DNA of 64,000 nucleotides from the human T2T-CHM13v2.0 reference genome, Homo sapiens: the NCBI RefSeq assembly GCF_009914755.1, contig NC_060929.1; one strand, given 5' to 3'. How positions within the stretch are numbered: the stretch's first letter is position 1; each line of letters starts with the position of its first letter. The notes under the pieces are model-generated. The model ran no database searches. It had not been told where the DNA came from and was given only the letters and a program-made list of their open reading frames with translations. This document shows positions 1-23,297 of the stretch, piece by piece. The translations under genes were made by a program, and so were the position numbers.

Positions 1-168
1 CACGTGGCCACTGCACACTCTGCTCCCCATTTCTGATCAGAGGACCTGGTCTTGTTTCCAGATATCATTTCCCATTCCTGTGGTTGGCTGGACCAGAATG
101 AAAAAGCCAGTGCCTAGGCTTTCAGAAAGACTTCTGGTTTTAGGCTTGTAAAACAGCTAAAATGGTCA

Positions 169-285
<117 letters not shown>

Positions 286-511
286 TTAAAAAATAAAATA
301 AATCCAGCTGAAGATAATAAGATATCTTGAATCCATGAGGAAGACAGCTTGCTCAGCATTAGGAATGAATGGTTATGTTTGTGTCACAATCCCAGTTTAC
401 TTCAGTGATTCTTCCAGAAGTTCTGTATGCCTACCTTCTGTACTTCCATTAACATACATCCATTGAAGATGATGACTCTGCCAAACTACTGCCTATATTA
501 TCCTCCACTTA

Positions 512-781
<270 letters not shown>

Positions 782-1660
782 CTAGGCGATACGGTGAGAC
801 TCTGTCTCAAAAAAAAAAAAAAAAAAAACATAACAAAAAACCAAAGAAAACTTTGCTGGAGCATCCCCTGGATCCCTTATACCCCACTGCTTCTAAGCCA
901 AAGGGTTTCCTGAGTGCAGTGGTAGGATGCCTGCTCCCTGCAGCTCTTAGTATAAATATTTAGCCATATAAAGTTTACATTGATCTGTTAGTTTTTACCT
1001 TTTTTTTAAGGTATAACTTACAGTAAAGTATACAATTCCAAATGTTTACACTCTTTGGGACGGAGTCTCACCCTGTTGCCCAGGCTGGAGTACAGTGGCA
1101 CAATCTCAGCTCACTGCAACCTCTACCTCCTAGAATCAAGCGATTCTCGTGCCTCAGCCTCCCAAGTAGCTAGAATTACAGGCACGCACCATCATGCCCA
1201 GCTAATTTTTGTATTTTTAGTAGAGATGGGGTTTCACCATGTTGGCCAGGTTGGCCTCAAACTCCTGACCTCAAAGCAATTCTTCCGCCTTGGCCTCCCA
1301 CGTGCTGGGATTAGAGGCGTGAGCCACCACACCTGGCCAATATTTATACTCTTGAACACTAGAGAATCTACCCCTAGAGTTTCTCCTGGAGGATACTGTG
1401 TTAATGTTTACTAGAAGAGGGAAAGGGGTGTAGCTTAGTGCTTAAAAGTAACAGAACTTTAGGGGTAGATATACCTGGGCTAAAGTCTTAGTGCTCCCGT
1501 TTACCAGCTTTATGTACTTGAGCAAATGGCCTAACTTCTTCTCTCAGCCTCAGTTTGATCATCAAAAATTGAAGTAAAAGCAGCTACGTTATTGAAATGT
1601 GGTAAGGATTGAGGGAGATAATGTAAAGAACACTCTTAGCACAATATGTGGCATATATGA

Positions 1661-1849
<189 letters not shown>

Positions 1850-2033
1850 TAACTAAGTGAAGCCTAAATTTTTTTGTACCAGGAAATGCCCCCTTTTCAA
1901 CTCTGTTATGCCAGGCTACTGTAGGATTCCTGAGGAATCAGGAGATGGAGAAGCCTTTCTAGAGAGAGCTTAAATAACTTTACTCAAAGGATTTTAATTA
2001 CCCCTGATTGGTACAGTTTCTCTTCATCTTTAA

Positions 2034-2714
<681 letters not shown>

Positions 2715-3172
2715 TGAGATATATTTTCAGTAGAGTTGACTATATAGAGTATGTAAATAGATAAAGCAAATTATTTAGAAAAATCAGTAAGAGTAATAAA
2801 CATTTATTTAGCATTTATCTGTGTCAGAACTATGCTAAGCCCTTTGCATATGCTATTTTATGTAATCCTAAGAACAGCACTACGAGGTCATTTAAATTAC
2901 CAATTCACCATTGCAGAAATTGTGTCAGGCATGCTAACTATTTTAGATTACAAACTTCAAGCCTTGTTCACTGATCTTTCCACAGAAGCTAGCCTGGTTT
3001 CTGGCATGTTGTAGGACTCAATAAATATATGTTGAATTAAATAATGTATGAAATGCCAGTTTACATGACAGATTATTCTTCCCAGACCTATTTAGTATGT
3101 GAAGCCATTACTAGTTGTATTTTTTTCTACCCAAGCACAGCACTCTAATTATGTTGGCCTTCTGCATTTTAG

Positions 3173-3544
<372 letters not shown>

Positions 3545-3577
3545 TGAAACATGCTACTTACTTTCTCTGGCTAATCA

Positions 3578-4287
<710 letters not shown>

Positions 4288-4409
4288 TAATAGAGACGAG
4301 GTTTCTCCATGTTGGTCAGGCTGGTCTCAAACTCCCGACCTCAAGTGATACACCTGCCTCGGCCTCCCAAAGTGCTGGGATTATAGGCGTGAGCCACCAT
4401 TCCCAGCCA

Positions 4410-4650
4410 TATACAAGACTTTTAACAAGCTTCTGAGATGGTTCTGTTATGCAGCCAGGGTTGAGAGCTAGACTTAGAGCAGAAGTTTTCACTGGGCACA
4501 AGAATCATCTGGGGAATGGTTAAAAATGCAGATTCCTGTGTCCCGCCCAGAACTATGAAATCAGAATCTCTGGGGGTAAAGATCTCCATTTTTAACAAGC
4601 ACTCCAAGTGACTTCAGTACAGGTATCCTGAAGATACACTTGAAACACTG
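4410..4650. mobile_element. MER5-type hAT DNA transposon fragments
   Basis: tttaacaagc...tgattct/gcagccagggttgaga and aatgcagattcctg motifs typical of MER5. Confidence 0.6.
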
Positions 4651-4880
4651 TCTTAGGAAGTGAGGGAGATGAAAGATGGATGACAACAAAAGGGAGTTTG
4701 AAATTCAGATCTGGTAAAGAAGTAGTAGGAGAGTTTCTCCTTGGCTGTGAGACCTCCTATAATTATAGCTTGTAAGGCTTGACCCAAACAAACCATACAC
4801 AGTTTGGGGGGTGCAAGGGAAAGGAGAGAATCTTTCCTCCTTCCCATGTGACTGATTTTTAGGAGTCAGTTGTGTGCTGA

Positions 4881-5246
<366 letters not shown>

Positions 5247-5489
5247 TAATTGGGTTAGAGGGTACATGGGTGATTTGTGTTCTCTACATTGTCAAGCTGA
5301 CAAGGTCTCTCTTTAAAGTTTTGGGAATCTTTTTAAGTAGTGAACCTTTTGTACCATGTTAGGAAGTCTGTAAAAGTTGAGATTTTGAAATGTTTCGGTC
5401 ATCAGCAGAAAAGTTAATACATTGATTGCTTGTTTTTCTTGATAATAGCAGGCATTAATTTTTTTTTAACCTGGACAGTACATTTGTAT

Positions 5490-6545
5490 TGTATTCTCTT
5501 GGATATCTAATAGATGTCTCAAACCTTTAATGCGCCTAAGCCTGAACTCCTGATCTTCTGACCATAAGCTTGCTTCTCCTTAGTTTTCCCCTACTGGTTG
5601 GTGGCATCTCTGCCCTTGTGATTGCTTGCACCAGAAATCTTAGAATCATTTGGGACTCGCCTGTCTTACCTTTCATATCTAATTTGTTAGCAAATCCTTT
5701 CAAATTTGATCTTCAAACTATATTCAGAATCCACTCATTTTTCATCAGCTCTGTTGCTTCCTCTGTTCTGAGCCAACATCTTGCCTAAGTTTTTGCAATA
5801 AATTCCTTACAGGTCCCCTTGTTTCTGCCCTTTACAGTCTACAGTGTATTTTCAACACAGTAGCTAGAGAGGTTCTTTTAAAATATGTCATCCCATGGGA
5901 GGCTTTTTATTAAGAAATAAAGAAAAATAAAAGAAAAGGAGAAAAATAATAAAATATAAGTCAGATCATATCTTAACCTCTGCCTGAAATCCTTCAAGGG
6001 CTTCCTTTTTCTCTCGTAAGATGAGCAGAGTCCTTGTAGTGCTTACAGATGAGTAGAGTCACGCACCTGGACTATGAGGCCATAGCCCTATCTGTTCATC
6101 TTGCTCTCACCTCCCTGTCTTCAACTACCACTCTCTGTTCTGTTCACTCCGTTCCAGCCACACCCACCTTCTTGCTGTTCTTTGAACATGGCCTGGCATG
6201 CTCCCTCTTCAGGGCCTTTGCACTTGTTATTTCCTCCACCTAGAATTTCTTTCCCATGTAACTACCTCACTTGCTTCATCATCAGCTCCCTCACCTAAAC
6301 CTTCAGTAACCCTTTCTTCATACATCACCCTTTTTAAAATTCCATCACACTGTCAGTTCTGCACATACCGATTTTCCCTGCTTTGTTTTTTTCACAGCAC
6401 TCATTACCATCTGACCTATTACATGTTTGATTTTCTGTTTCTTGCCTCTCCTAAAGGCATTTTTGACTATTCTATAATATATCCCTAGTGCCATGGTGTT
6501 TGATCCAGTCATGTTTAGTAAGCATTTATTGAATGAATGAATTCA
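5490..6545. mobile_element. LINE-2 (L2) 3' fragment
   Basis: Pyrimidine-rich L2-like text (cagggcctttgcacttg...) ending in tattgaatgaatgaat. Confidence 0.65.
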
Positions 6546-6697
6546 TAAGGTACAATATCTAAAAGATAGAAAAGAGGCTGGGCACAGTGGCTCACACCTG
6601 TAATCCCAGCACTTTGGGAGGCTGAGGCGGACAGATCACTTGAGGTCAGGAGTTCGAGACTAACCTGACCAACGTAGCAAAATCCTGACTCTTTCTA

Positions 6698-6967
<270 letters not shown>

Positions 6968-8190
6968 TTATCATATGTATGTTTTTCCCCTAAATGTTCT
7001 ACACCTTGCTATTCTGATTTTTAGTTTATATGTCCTGCAAATCATTTCAAGCGAATACATAAATACATTTCTTCTTCTGTTTTATGACTAATGGCTGAAA
7101 CGTGATGAACTGTGGGTGACTGAGCCCTCTATACAATTTGGGTTATTTGTTTCTCTTTTGGATAAGTAACTTTTTTTTTTGAGACAGTCTCACTCTGTTG
7201 CCCAAGCTGGAGTGCAGTGGCACGATCTCAGCTCACTGCAGCCTCCACTTCCCAGGTTCAAGCAAATCTCCTGCCTTAGCCTCCCGAGCAAGTAGCTGGG
7301 ACTACAGGCACGTGCCACCACACTGGAATAATTTTTGTATTTTTAGTAGAGACAGGGTTGGCCACCATGTTGGCCAGGCTGGTCTCGAACTCCTGACCTC
7401 AGGTAATCCACCTGCCTTGGCCTCCCAAAGTGCTGGGATTAACAGGCATGAGCCACCGTGCCCAGCCTGGATAAGTAAATTTTAAAAAGCAAACAAAACA
7501 ATTACTTTGGGTACCGTTTTATGTATACTTGTTCATCATACCGCCAGTTCTTTTTCTAATTCTCCCATGATGTTACATAATTATACATACTTTATAGAGA
7601 TAGGGATTAGTAATACTGTAAGCATAGGATTATCCAGTTTATAAAAGCTTCCCTACCTTCAGTTCTGTGACCTTAGGTATGTCACTTTCATCTCTGGGCC
7701 TGAGCTTTCCCATCAGCTGAAACAGGTGAGTGATTCTCAGTGGGATGGTAGTGAGGAAAAAATTGGAGAGTAGGAGACTGCTTTCAGAATGTACTTCCTC
7801 TTGGACACTCTGCTACACCCTTCATTGAGGTACTCCCTGGTAGAAAACCATTGCCTTGATAAGTCACTTCAGTTACTTAATTGAAGTATTGTATCCCTTG
7901 GGCATGCTGGTTAGGAAAAATTTAGAACCCTCAAACTGAGTGACCTTTTTACACTCAGTTACAGCATTTGATGATCCCTACAGTCTACATGCATGTGTGC
8001 TTTGTATACTGAATGGCTGATGCCAAAGGTATTTCTTAGGTCTCAGATCTCTCGAGGCAAAAGGGATCTTTCTATACTTTTCTTTCCTAAATGTTAAGGT
8101 AAAATATGAAGGATAAAAGAATTTAAGATGTTGACTTATTATCCCCCTTCCAGTTGTAAAAGACATTTTAATAATTTTTGTAGAATTTAA

Positions 8191-8676
<486 letters not shown>

Positions 8677-9598
8677 TAATAGCCTTGCTACTTCGAGTTG
8701 TCTTGGATTTTTAAAAGCAAGGAGATGGCCAGGCACTATAGCTCACGCCTGTAATCTCAGCACTTTGGGAGGCCAAGGCAGGCGCATCATCTGAGGTCAG
8801 GAGTTTGGCCAACATGGTGAAATCCTGTCTCTACTAAAAATACAAAAAAAATTAGCTGGGCATGGTGGTGGGTGCCTGTAATCCCAGCTGCTTGAGAGGG
8901 TGAGGCAGGAGAATCACTTTACCCGGGAAGCAGAGGGTGCGGTGAGCCAAGATCATACCACTACATTCCAGCCTGGGCTACAGAGCAAGATTCCACCTCA
9001 AAAATAAATAAATAATAAATAAATAAAAGCAAGGAGATTACTAAAAACACACTTTGCATCCTCTTGTTTCTAAGCTGTATAGTTCTGTGTTCTTAAAAAG
9101 GCAGTTGAAATTTCTGTTAGGTGGTGATCTGGCATTGATATCTTTAGAGAAAAATCCTTAAGTGTGATTTTAAGATGGGGCAGAGAAGGGGTTGGAGGTA
9201 GGTAGTACTTTTCTAGGCAAATGTTTTAAGGCCACACAAGTTTTTTGATAGTGTGATAACACTCCCTAGTTTAAAAACTTTAGCAGGTGCTTGAGGAAGG
9301 GGAGCTCATGGCATTGTCATTTTCAATATGAGGAAGTGTTCTCAAAGTTGGACTTGTCAGATTTTTGTCCTTTCACCTTAAAACAATGGTAGGTATTAGG
9401 GCAACAGAAGTGATTTCCCCAGGGTGAGAATGAAGCATAACAATGGAGTAGAAGCATTTCCTTTCACTTTAGTTGACATGTGGAAATCCATGGATTATAC
9501 AACTAGGAAAGAACAGTAGAGCTTCCTGGAGAAGAGGAGGCCCTCCTCAGGAAACCCTCCTATTCTGTCTCAGCCCTAGAGCTGGAAGTTTTTCCTAG

Positions 9599-9808
<210 letters not shown>

Positions 9809-10576
9809 TAGCTTTCATATCTAGTTCAGTGATAGCAGACTGGAAAATAAGCATCTATACGCCCAGCTCTGCCCTTGAATAATAAATTATATTCTGGGGC
9901 ATAATGGGACTTGAAAAAATAAATGAATAAAAAATTAAAAACAGACAGCCGGGCGTGGTTGCTCGCTCCTGTAATTTCAGTCTTTTTGGAGGCTGATGTG
10001 TGGATCACTTGGGGTCAGGAGTTCAAGACCAGCCTGGCCAACTTAGCGAAACCCCACCTCTACTAAAAATACAAAAATTAGCTGGGTATGGTGGTGTGTG
10101 CCTATAATCCCAGCTACTCAGGAGGCTGAGGCAGGACAGTCACTTGAACCCAGGAGGCAGAGGTTGCAGTGAGCCAAGATGGCACCACTGCTCTCCAGCC
10201 TCGGTGATGGAGTGAGACTGTCTCAAAAATAAATAAATAAATAAATCCAAATTATACCCACTTGGTGGGGGAACATTCTGCCCTGGTGCCAACTGTGTAG
10301 CTTACATGGCAATCACATGACTCCCAGAGCATGCCTGGACTTAATCATGTGATTCCATGGGCTATGCAGAGCACTTTCACTCTGAGGAATGGGGATAGAA
10401 TCCCCGTAAGATGGAAAAATAAGACACACACTAAAGTAGCAAGTGAGGAAAACAAAGCCCACCTTGTCCATTATGGGGGTTTACAAGTCTGAAATAAAAG
10501 GTTAATCTCCCAGGGCCAGGCACGGTGGCTCACACCTGTAATCCCAGCACTTTGGGAGGCCGAGGCGGGTGGATCA

Positions 10577-11002
<426 letters not shown>

Positions 11003-11194
11003 TCAGGGAGAATCGCTTGAACCCGGGAGGCCAAGATCATGCCACTGCACTGCAGCCCGGGTGACAGAGCAAGACTCTGTCTCAAAAAAAAAAAAAAAAA
11101 GAAAAAAAAGAGATTAGTCTCCCAAAAGTTACTGTTGAAAATCGGACACCAGCCAAACCAGCAGATGTTTGTGGGAGTATTCTCTGTCTTCCAG

Positions 11195-11285
11195 AACGAC
11201 TACGGTCAGAAGATGGGCAGCCAATGGTGCTCAAACTCAAGGACTGGCCTCCTGGGGAAGATTTTCGAGACATGATGCCAACCAG
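11195..11285 (+). CDS. KDM3B: KDM3B coding exon (probably 18), [30 protein letters not shown]
   Basis: ttccag acceptor, AG|gttagt donor; 91 nt; LKLKDWP JMJD1 signature. Confidence 0.96.
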
Positions 11286-11376
11286 GTTAGTGACCTGCAG
11301 TGGTGTCATCTTCAGAAGCCATCACAAAGTAATCACAGAAAAGTGAAATTTGTCTATTGGCTTTCTTCCCCTATAA

Positions 11377-11661
<285 letters not shown>

Positions 11662-12080
11662 TAGTATCCAAGGTGGTCTTGAATATGTTTGCTTTTGTCA
11701 TATTGGTTTTCATAACATCCATGTGGGCCCAGACCATAAGCTTACATGTCTCCAGTAGTGAGGAAGTTTCCTGTTAAGAACTCTACCCAAGGAGCCATAT
11801 TCTCGAGTATAAGAGACTTGACAGAATAATAATGAAGAGGTCTGGGTGCCATGCTACCCAGCCAGTGCTTTGTTAAGGCCAGGGATGACCTAAATCACAG
11901 TGAAAGCTCAGCTTTATCTGAATACGCCCTAATGCCCATATCTGTTTTGTTTTTCATGGAGAGATTGTTTTTTGGAGGTAGATTTGTTCCATGGCCAGTG
12001 TCAATGAGAAATCAGTCTTAAAACAGTATAAAAGAGATGAAAGTGATTTCTTCATAAACAAATAGACTTCACTCTCCTAA

Positions 12081-12782
<702 letters not shown>

Positions 12783-13972
12783 TGATGGGAAGTGGGTGCC
12801 CAGTGGATGTTGCTAGATAAAGGGGGAGGTTCTAATAGAGAAGAGTACTACTTTGCGTATCTTTGACTAGAGTCTCTTTCTAGAAATGCTACCCTTTTCC
12901 ACTTTGTAGCCTCACAAAGAGAAATGAAGAAAGGGCAGAGTTCTGACCTGACCTATCAGCCAGATCAGCTGTGGAGTGACAGATGATAAAGCCAGGACCT
13001 TCATAAAAATGAAGCATAAAAGTGATATTTTGCTGTATTTATACTTCCTGCCATCTCAGTGTTAAAATTAATACATGTTCATTATGGAAATTTCAGAAAA
13101 AGGGATACTTTTTTAAAAGAAAATAAGTAACTCAAAATCTTAAGGTTCAGGGATAATTTCTTTTTTTTTTTTTTTTTTTTTTTTTGAGATAGAGTCTCAC
13201 TATGTTGCCCAGACTGGCTTCAGACTCCTGGGCTCTGGCATTCCTCCCACCTCAGCCTCCCAAGTTACTGGGCCTACAGGCAAGGCCACTGTGCCTCACT
13301 TTACATTTGCCTTTTTTTCTTTTCTTTTTTTGTTTTTTTATTTTTTCTGCAACTTCCGCCTCCTGGGTTCAAGCAATTCTCATGCCTCAGCCTCCCAAGT
13401 AGCTGGGATTACAGGCATGTGCCACCATACTCGGCTAATTTTTGTATTTTTAGTAGAGATGGGGTGTCACCATGTTGGCCAGGCTGGGCTCGAACTCCCA
13501 ATCTCAGGTGATCCGCCCACCTCAGCCTCTCAAAGTGCTGGGATTATAGACATGAGCCACCATGCCCAGCCTACATTTGCCTTGGATTTTGCACACCTGC
13601 AGCATTCATTATGGTGTAGGTCATTGTAATAGACAAGCATTAAAAGCCAACCCTCTTCACTTGGTAGTGATGCTTTATGCTTTGTAGGCTTAAATCCAGA
13701 ATCCTAGTGTTTGAAGGGGTCTTGAGAAAATATACAGACTCCATATACTTGTAGCGGAAGATAACCTGCAAGTTAAACATAAGATATGGCAACACAGTTT
13801 AAGCAAAAAATATGTTTTAAGGGGAAATTATACCTCCAAAAATGCTGAATCTCTAATAAGTAAGGAAGGTTTAATGTTGTTCTGTGTGTAGGGAGCTTAG
13901 ACCAGTATCAATTTTCTGATTCTGCCTTACATTATTCCAGAGATGGAGAAGAGTAAAACTCAATTTATTTAA

Positions 13973-14266
<294 letters not shown>

Positions 14267-14468
14267 TAGAGTCCCTTGGCATTAAAGACCTGTTGGCCAT
14301 GATACCTCTGGTGGAAAAGCCCAAAGGCTTGAATCCACACCTAGAGGATGTTGACTAGAATAAAGTTTTGCCATCCCCACCCCATCTTAGGACATTGCTG
14401 CAGCAAGTTGGATTTATGCTGTTAATGATTTTTAATTTTCCCATCTTTGGATTTGATTATGGCTTCAG

Positions 14469-14645
14469 GTTGGAGAAGAACAAGGCCAAGAGAACCCCCC
14501 TGATCATGACCCAATTCATGACCAAAGTTGGTACCTGGACCAGACCCTCCGTAAGCGACTCTATGAGGAGTATGGCGTGCAAGGCTGGGCTATTGTGCAG
14601 TTCCTAGGTGATGCTGTTTTCATACCTGCTGGAGCCCCACACCAG
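14469..14645 (+). CDS. KDM3B: KDM3B coding exon (probably 22), [19 protein letters not shown]...[13 protein letters not shown] with the distal iron-binding His
   Basis: cttcag acceptor, CAG|gtggg donor; 177 nt = 59 codons; FIPAGAPHQ JmjC motif (His 1689 by count). Confidence 0.97.
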
Positions 14646-14809
14646 GTGGGTTCCTGCTTGGGGGTTGGGCTGAACAGTTCCATGGGCTTTCTTATTTCTG
14701 CTTTTCTTGCTAATCTACCAAGAGATTTAAGTAGCTGGATTGGACTGATCTCTCTTATGCTGCAACTTATTTTATGCTTTTATTTTCTTCCTTGTAACAT
14801 TAAGGCTCA

Positions 14810-18851
<4,042 letters not shown>

Positions 18852-19837
18852 TTATTTTTCCTGTAGTATTTTCACCATCTGAGATATAGCTATAGATACA
18901 GATATAGATATATTTTTTTAATCTGTTACTTAACCCTACTAGAATGTAAGCTATTTAAGCTCTGTGAAGGCAGGAATTTTACATTTTACTCACTGCTTTT
19001 CCTTAGCACAATGTCTGACACATAGTAGGTATTCATAAATCTTTGTTGAAGCAATGCAAAAAAATTAATGGAGAATAGTAAAAGAAGGACTTGGATGCCC
19101 ATGACCCAGCTTAAGAAATTATAGCACACATACATATACAGCAACTACATGGTTGAAGCCCCCATGTACCCTTCCCCTTTGCATTTCCCCGCTTTTCCTC
19201 CCCAGAAATAACCTCAGTTTTCTTGTCAGCCCTTTAAAAGAAAGCTGTCTTTATTCTCTTCACCTTAATATGCCTGTTCACTTTTTTCAATAACTTTTAT
19301 TGTGTGTTCCAATTTCACAGGTAATATATCCAAATCAGAAAACATATAAGCACGAAGGGAAAAAATAGGCCATAATCCTGCTTTCCCCTCTTGTTTTAAT
19401 GCATCCTTATTAGCTGTAGAACCTTAAGGAAGCCTCTTAACCATATAAGGAAACAAAGTTCTCCAGGTGTTCACTGTGGCCTTAGTTTCCGCAGTTTCTC
19501 CTCTGTAAATTGGGCATGATAATAATAGAACCTACCTCATAGGATTCTGTCAAGGATTAAGCAAAGGTCCACATAAAGAGCTCAGCAGCAGCGCCTGCCC
19601 AGGACATAGTAAGCACATAAATGATGGTGATCAGATGGCCTTTCACATAACTTCATTATTCTTTTTTGAGTACACACCTCATGCCCTATGTGATTTGTAA
19701 ATGACTGTGGGGATTGATACAGGAACGCACAGTCCTTTTTGGGAGTTTCCCCACTAAACCAGTAGGCTTACAGTCAAGGTAGAACGTACATTTGCATGGG
19801 GCTGCTGTGAACTGACTTTGCTGTACACCTTCTCTAG

Positions 19838-19918
19838 GTGAAGAACATCATTTACCATGCAGTGAAAGATGCGGTTGGCACCCTCAAGGCTCATGAATCC
19901 AAACTGGCAAGGTCCTAG
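19838..19918 (+). CDS. KDM3B: KDM3B last exon, coding part VKNIIYHAVKDAVGTLKAHESKLARS-stop
   Basis: ctctag acceptor; TAG at 19916-19918; the 11 exons total 1851 nt = 616 aa + stop in one frame. Confidence 0.96.
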   Translation: MKNIIYHAVKDAVGTLKAHESKLARS

Positions 19919-21245
19919 GCATGGAGAAACTCCAAGCTCCTCTGTGAAGCAGGTCTTTCACTCACAACACTTAACAGGGAACGGCAGGGCTCTTTGCTGG
20001 AGCAGAGGCCCTTCACCCAGAGCCAGTGTGGTCAGTATTCCAAACTCTCCAGCCACTCTCTTCTACGCTGCCTCAACACTGAAGGTTGACACAGGAAAGT
20101 CGTACTGTTCACACACACAGTTTGAGACTCCAAGCCAAGAGTGCCACATCCCTATCCTGTGGCCTTTTGGAAATCCAAATTGCCTGAACATGGCGGGGCT
20201 TTCCTGCACATTCTCCTGATTTGAGATTCACGGGCACACCTTTCTTTTCTTTTCCTCTTGTGCCTAGTTAAGTGGGAATGTGTTTGGAGATAGGGGAAAT
20301 CACATAACTGGTACAAGTATGGGGTAATTGCTTAAACATGCCTGGTGGAAGTCTGATAGCGTCTCTGCACGTGACCTCTGACAAAGCCCATCCCAGGAGA
20401 CGGGGTGAAGCTATTCCCCACACTCTCCTGTGAACACTGGAGTCTTGCAAGACCCAGGGAGAACCCACTGCTTTTCCCAGGAGGCTCCAGGATTAGGAAA
20501 TGTGTGTATTTAGTGAAAAATAGGTTTGTAGTGAAATAGTTACTATTTCATGAAAGTAGATATTTTTAGAATTTTTGAAATACCACAGTTGTTTTCCTGG
20601 ATTATAAGGAAAGGCACATTACATTTAGTCTTCCTTTCGATATAAAACTCTTTGAAGAAATATGATTTTTAGAAATCAGCTACCCATTATAGCACAAAAT
20701 CAGCCAAAGCAGAATTTTTAAAAATTGGCTTTTTTAGGATTCTTTTTCTCCCCCTCCCATCTTAGTCTTACCTTGAGGGAACAGTCATATGAGAAGGAAC
20801 TTTGTCACATCTAAGCTGTGGTGTGTTCCCCATGTGTGTGTACAACACTGGTGACTCCAGGAACCATTTTCACCTATTACCAGTGTTCCCTGGGGACTCC
20901 TCTTAATGTTTCCAAATGGGAAGGACAGTTGATTTCCAACATGAGGTTTTTTGTTTTTTATCCAGAAATATTTTCAGCAAAACTTTCCAACTGAGTGGAG
21001 TCTGATTAAGGATTTATTTGAAAATGGTGGGATTCATTGGCCCATAGGTACATTGGAAAATGTATATCTCTCCAGCTGTACTGTAGTGCCCTGCAGGCTG
21101 TTTATATGTTCACAGTTACTTTTTTTTTTTTTTAAATAAAAGTCATTTAATGTAGAATACTTTTAATTTCACTTTCTGTATTTTAATTTTGTTGAAGGGC
21201 TGATTGGGATTTCCATGTTCTTATTAAAAATCTAACAAATCTGTT
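19919..21245 (+). other. KDM3B: KDM3B 3' UTR
   Basis: Repeat-free sequence after the stop, ending in poly(A) signals; exact cleavage site inferred. Confidence 0.8.
21135..21228 (+). terminator. KDM3B: KDM3B polyadenylation signals AATAAA (21135-21140) and ATTAAA (21223-21228)
   Basis: Hexamers seen directly, with U-rich flanks and a G-rich region downstream. Confidence 0.75.
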
Positions 21246-23297
21246 TGGAGTGGACTAAATTATTCGTGTACCAACCCTTCTAAAATCAACATCAGATTGG
21301 GAGTTGGGTTGGAGGTGGGGGATTCATTTCCAGGTCTTCATGACTGTGCTACACCCAGATATTTTTCTTTGCTTGTTGAGACTGTGCCATGTTAGGAAAA
21401 AGGAAAGTGCCAGGGTGAGGTCAGTATGGTTTGGGGAATTGGGGGTAAGGGGAAGGGGCCACATGAATTAGAGGGTAGAAAGAGAGACATGTTTCCCCAT
21501 ACTTTATGCTTTGTGAATGGAGTGGGAAAGTTGGGGTCCTCCCTTCCTGTGGCAGAGTCTGGGGGGAAGGGTCATGGTGTGTGGCCTCAGCAAAGTTGGA
21601 CAGTCTGTGGTGGGATTCTTAAGCAGGCAGCCTGGCTGCCTACATGAAACGTGTGGCCATAGATCCACCTTAGAGATGGTGGGAGACACTCATGTGGGAT
21701 TTATCAAGCAGTAATTAAAGTGTTTCATTGTGGGGTGATAACAGACTGCATTCCAATTAGGAGATGTTTTCTGGAGAGGAAGTTGTAAAGAATAGCAAGA
21801 GGGGTTATCAGAGGCTGCTTTTCTGGAACGTTTTGGGAAACATCTTCCAAAGTGTTTGAACCTGGAAATATAATTTACCAGGTTAGAAATAGACCATTGT
21901 GTTGTTCAGGGATACTGAGCTTGAATAAGACCATGACTCTTTGAAATACACAGTTCTGAATGTGTCCTTTCAGCCCAGATGGGCACAGGTTGATGCTGTG
22001 GTCACCCGAAGGATTACAACTCAACATAAAGGGTAGAGGAATGCAGAAGCTCTAAAATGGGACAGGAAAGGAGAGCAATAGGGCTGGGGGTGTTGGTGGA
22101 TGGTTGGAGGTTGGTTGCTTTCCTGAAGATCAGGAGGCAGGCTAGCCTACATTCTGGATATAAATGTCTTTAGAATCAGGACATTCACTGCCACTAGTGC
22201 TTGCTGATGGGGGTGGAACTGGAGCCCCAGGACCCTCTCGCAGCCCCTCTGTTTGAAAAGAAGGTTGACCCTTTGTTGTCAGTAACCACATTGAGAGCAT
22301 AAAGCTCTGTTCCGCTGCAAAGCTTAGGAGCTGACAACCTAAAAAAGCAGACCAGCAGCCCGGTGGCTCACACCAGTGATCCCAGCACTTTGGGAGGCTG
22401 AGGCGGGTGGATCGCTTGAGCTCAGGAGTTGGAGATCAGCCTGGGCAATATTGCAAAACCCCATCTTGGCAAAAAAAAACAAAAAACAAAAAAACAGGAA
22501 TTAGCTGGTGGTGTTTTGGGCCTGTAGTCCCAGCTACTCGGGAGGCTGAGGCGGGAGGATCATTCAAGCCCAGGAGGTGTGCTGAGATTGTGCCACTGCA
22601 CTCCAGCCTGAGCGACAGAGTGAGGACCTGTCTCAAAAAAACAAAACATCATCTGGTCAGGGGAGATCCTCTTTCAACGGGGTGAGAAGGAGTGGGGTGG
22701 ACAGGTGCGGCTGTACCTGTGACTCAGGAGCTCAGGTGGATGTCTTCAGGGCCTGTAATGAGGAGAGTTTGCTAGTCAGCAGTTGGGGGATGTAACCTGT
22801 TTAAAGTAGGCTTCCTGGGGTCATCTTAGCAGCATGACTTGGTGGCTTTGTGACTCTCAACAGATTATTGAGCCTTAAGCTTCTCATTCCCTTATCTTCA
22901 AAATGAGGGCTTTTATAGCGCCTGCCTTATAGGGTGGTCAAGAGGATTCACTGGCAACGCAGTGAAGCTCTTAGCACAGGGGCTGGCACACAGTAAGCGC
23001 CTGGTGTGGGCAGGGCAGGAGGTGGGCAGGGGTCGATTTCAGGATGTAACCATGGAGACCTCCACGACAACAGCCTAGGGCTTGAAACCCAAGAAAGATG
23101 AACAAGCGATTCGAGGAAGGCAGGGCACTGAGGGTCGGAGGCGCATGCCCGGCCACAGCAGGTGCCGGGGCGGGGGCGCGCCGCCGCCGCCGCGGCGGCC
23201 TCCCGGCCTCCCCTTTAAGAGCCGCCACCGCCCACGGCCCGCCGCTGCGGCAGGGACCTCCCCTTTAACGGCGGCGCTGGGCGCTCCGCTGCCCCCG

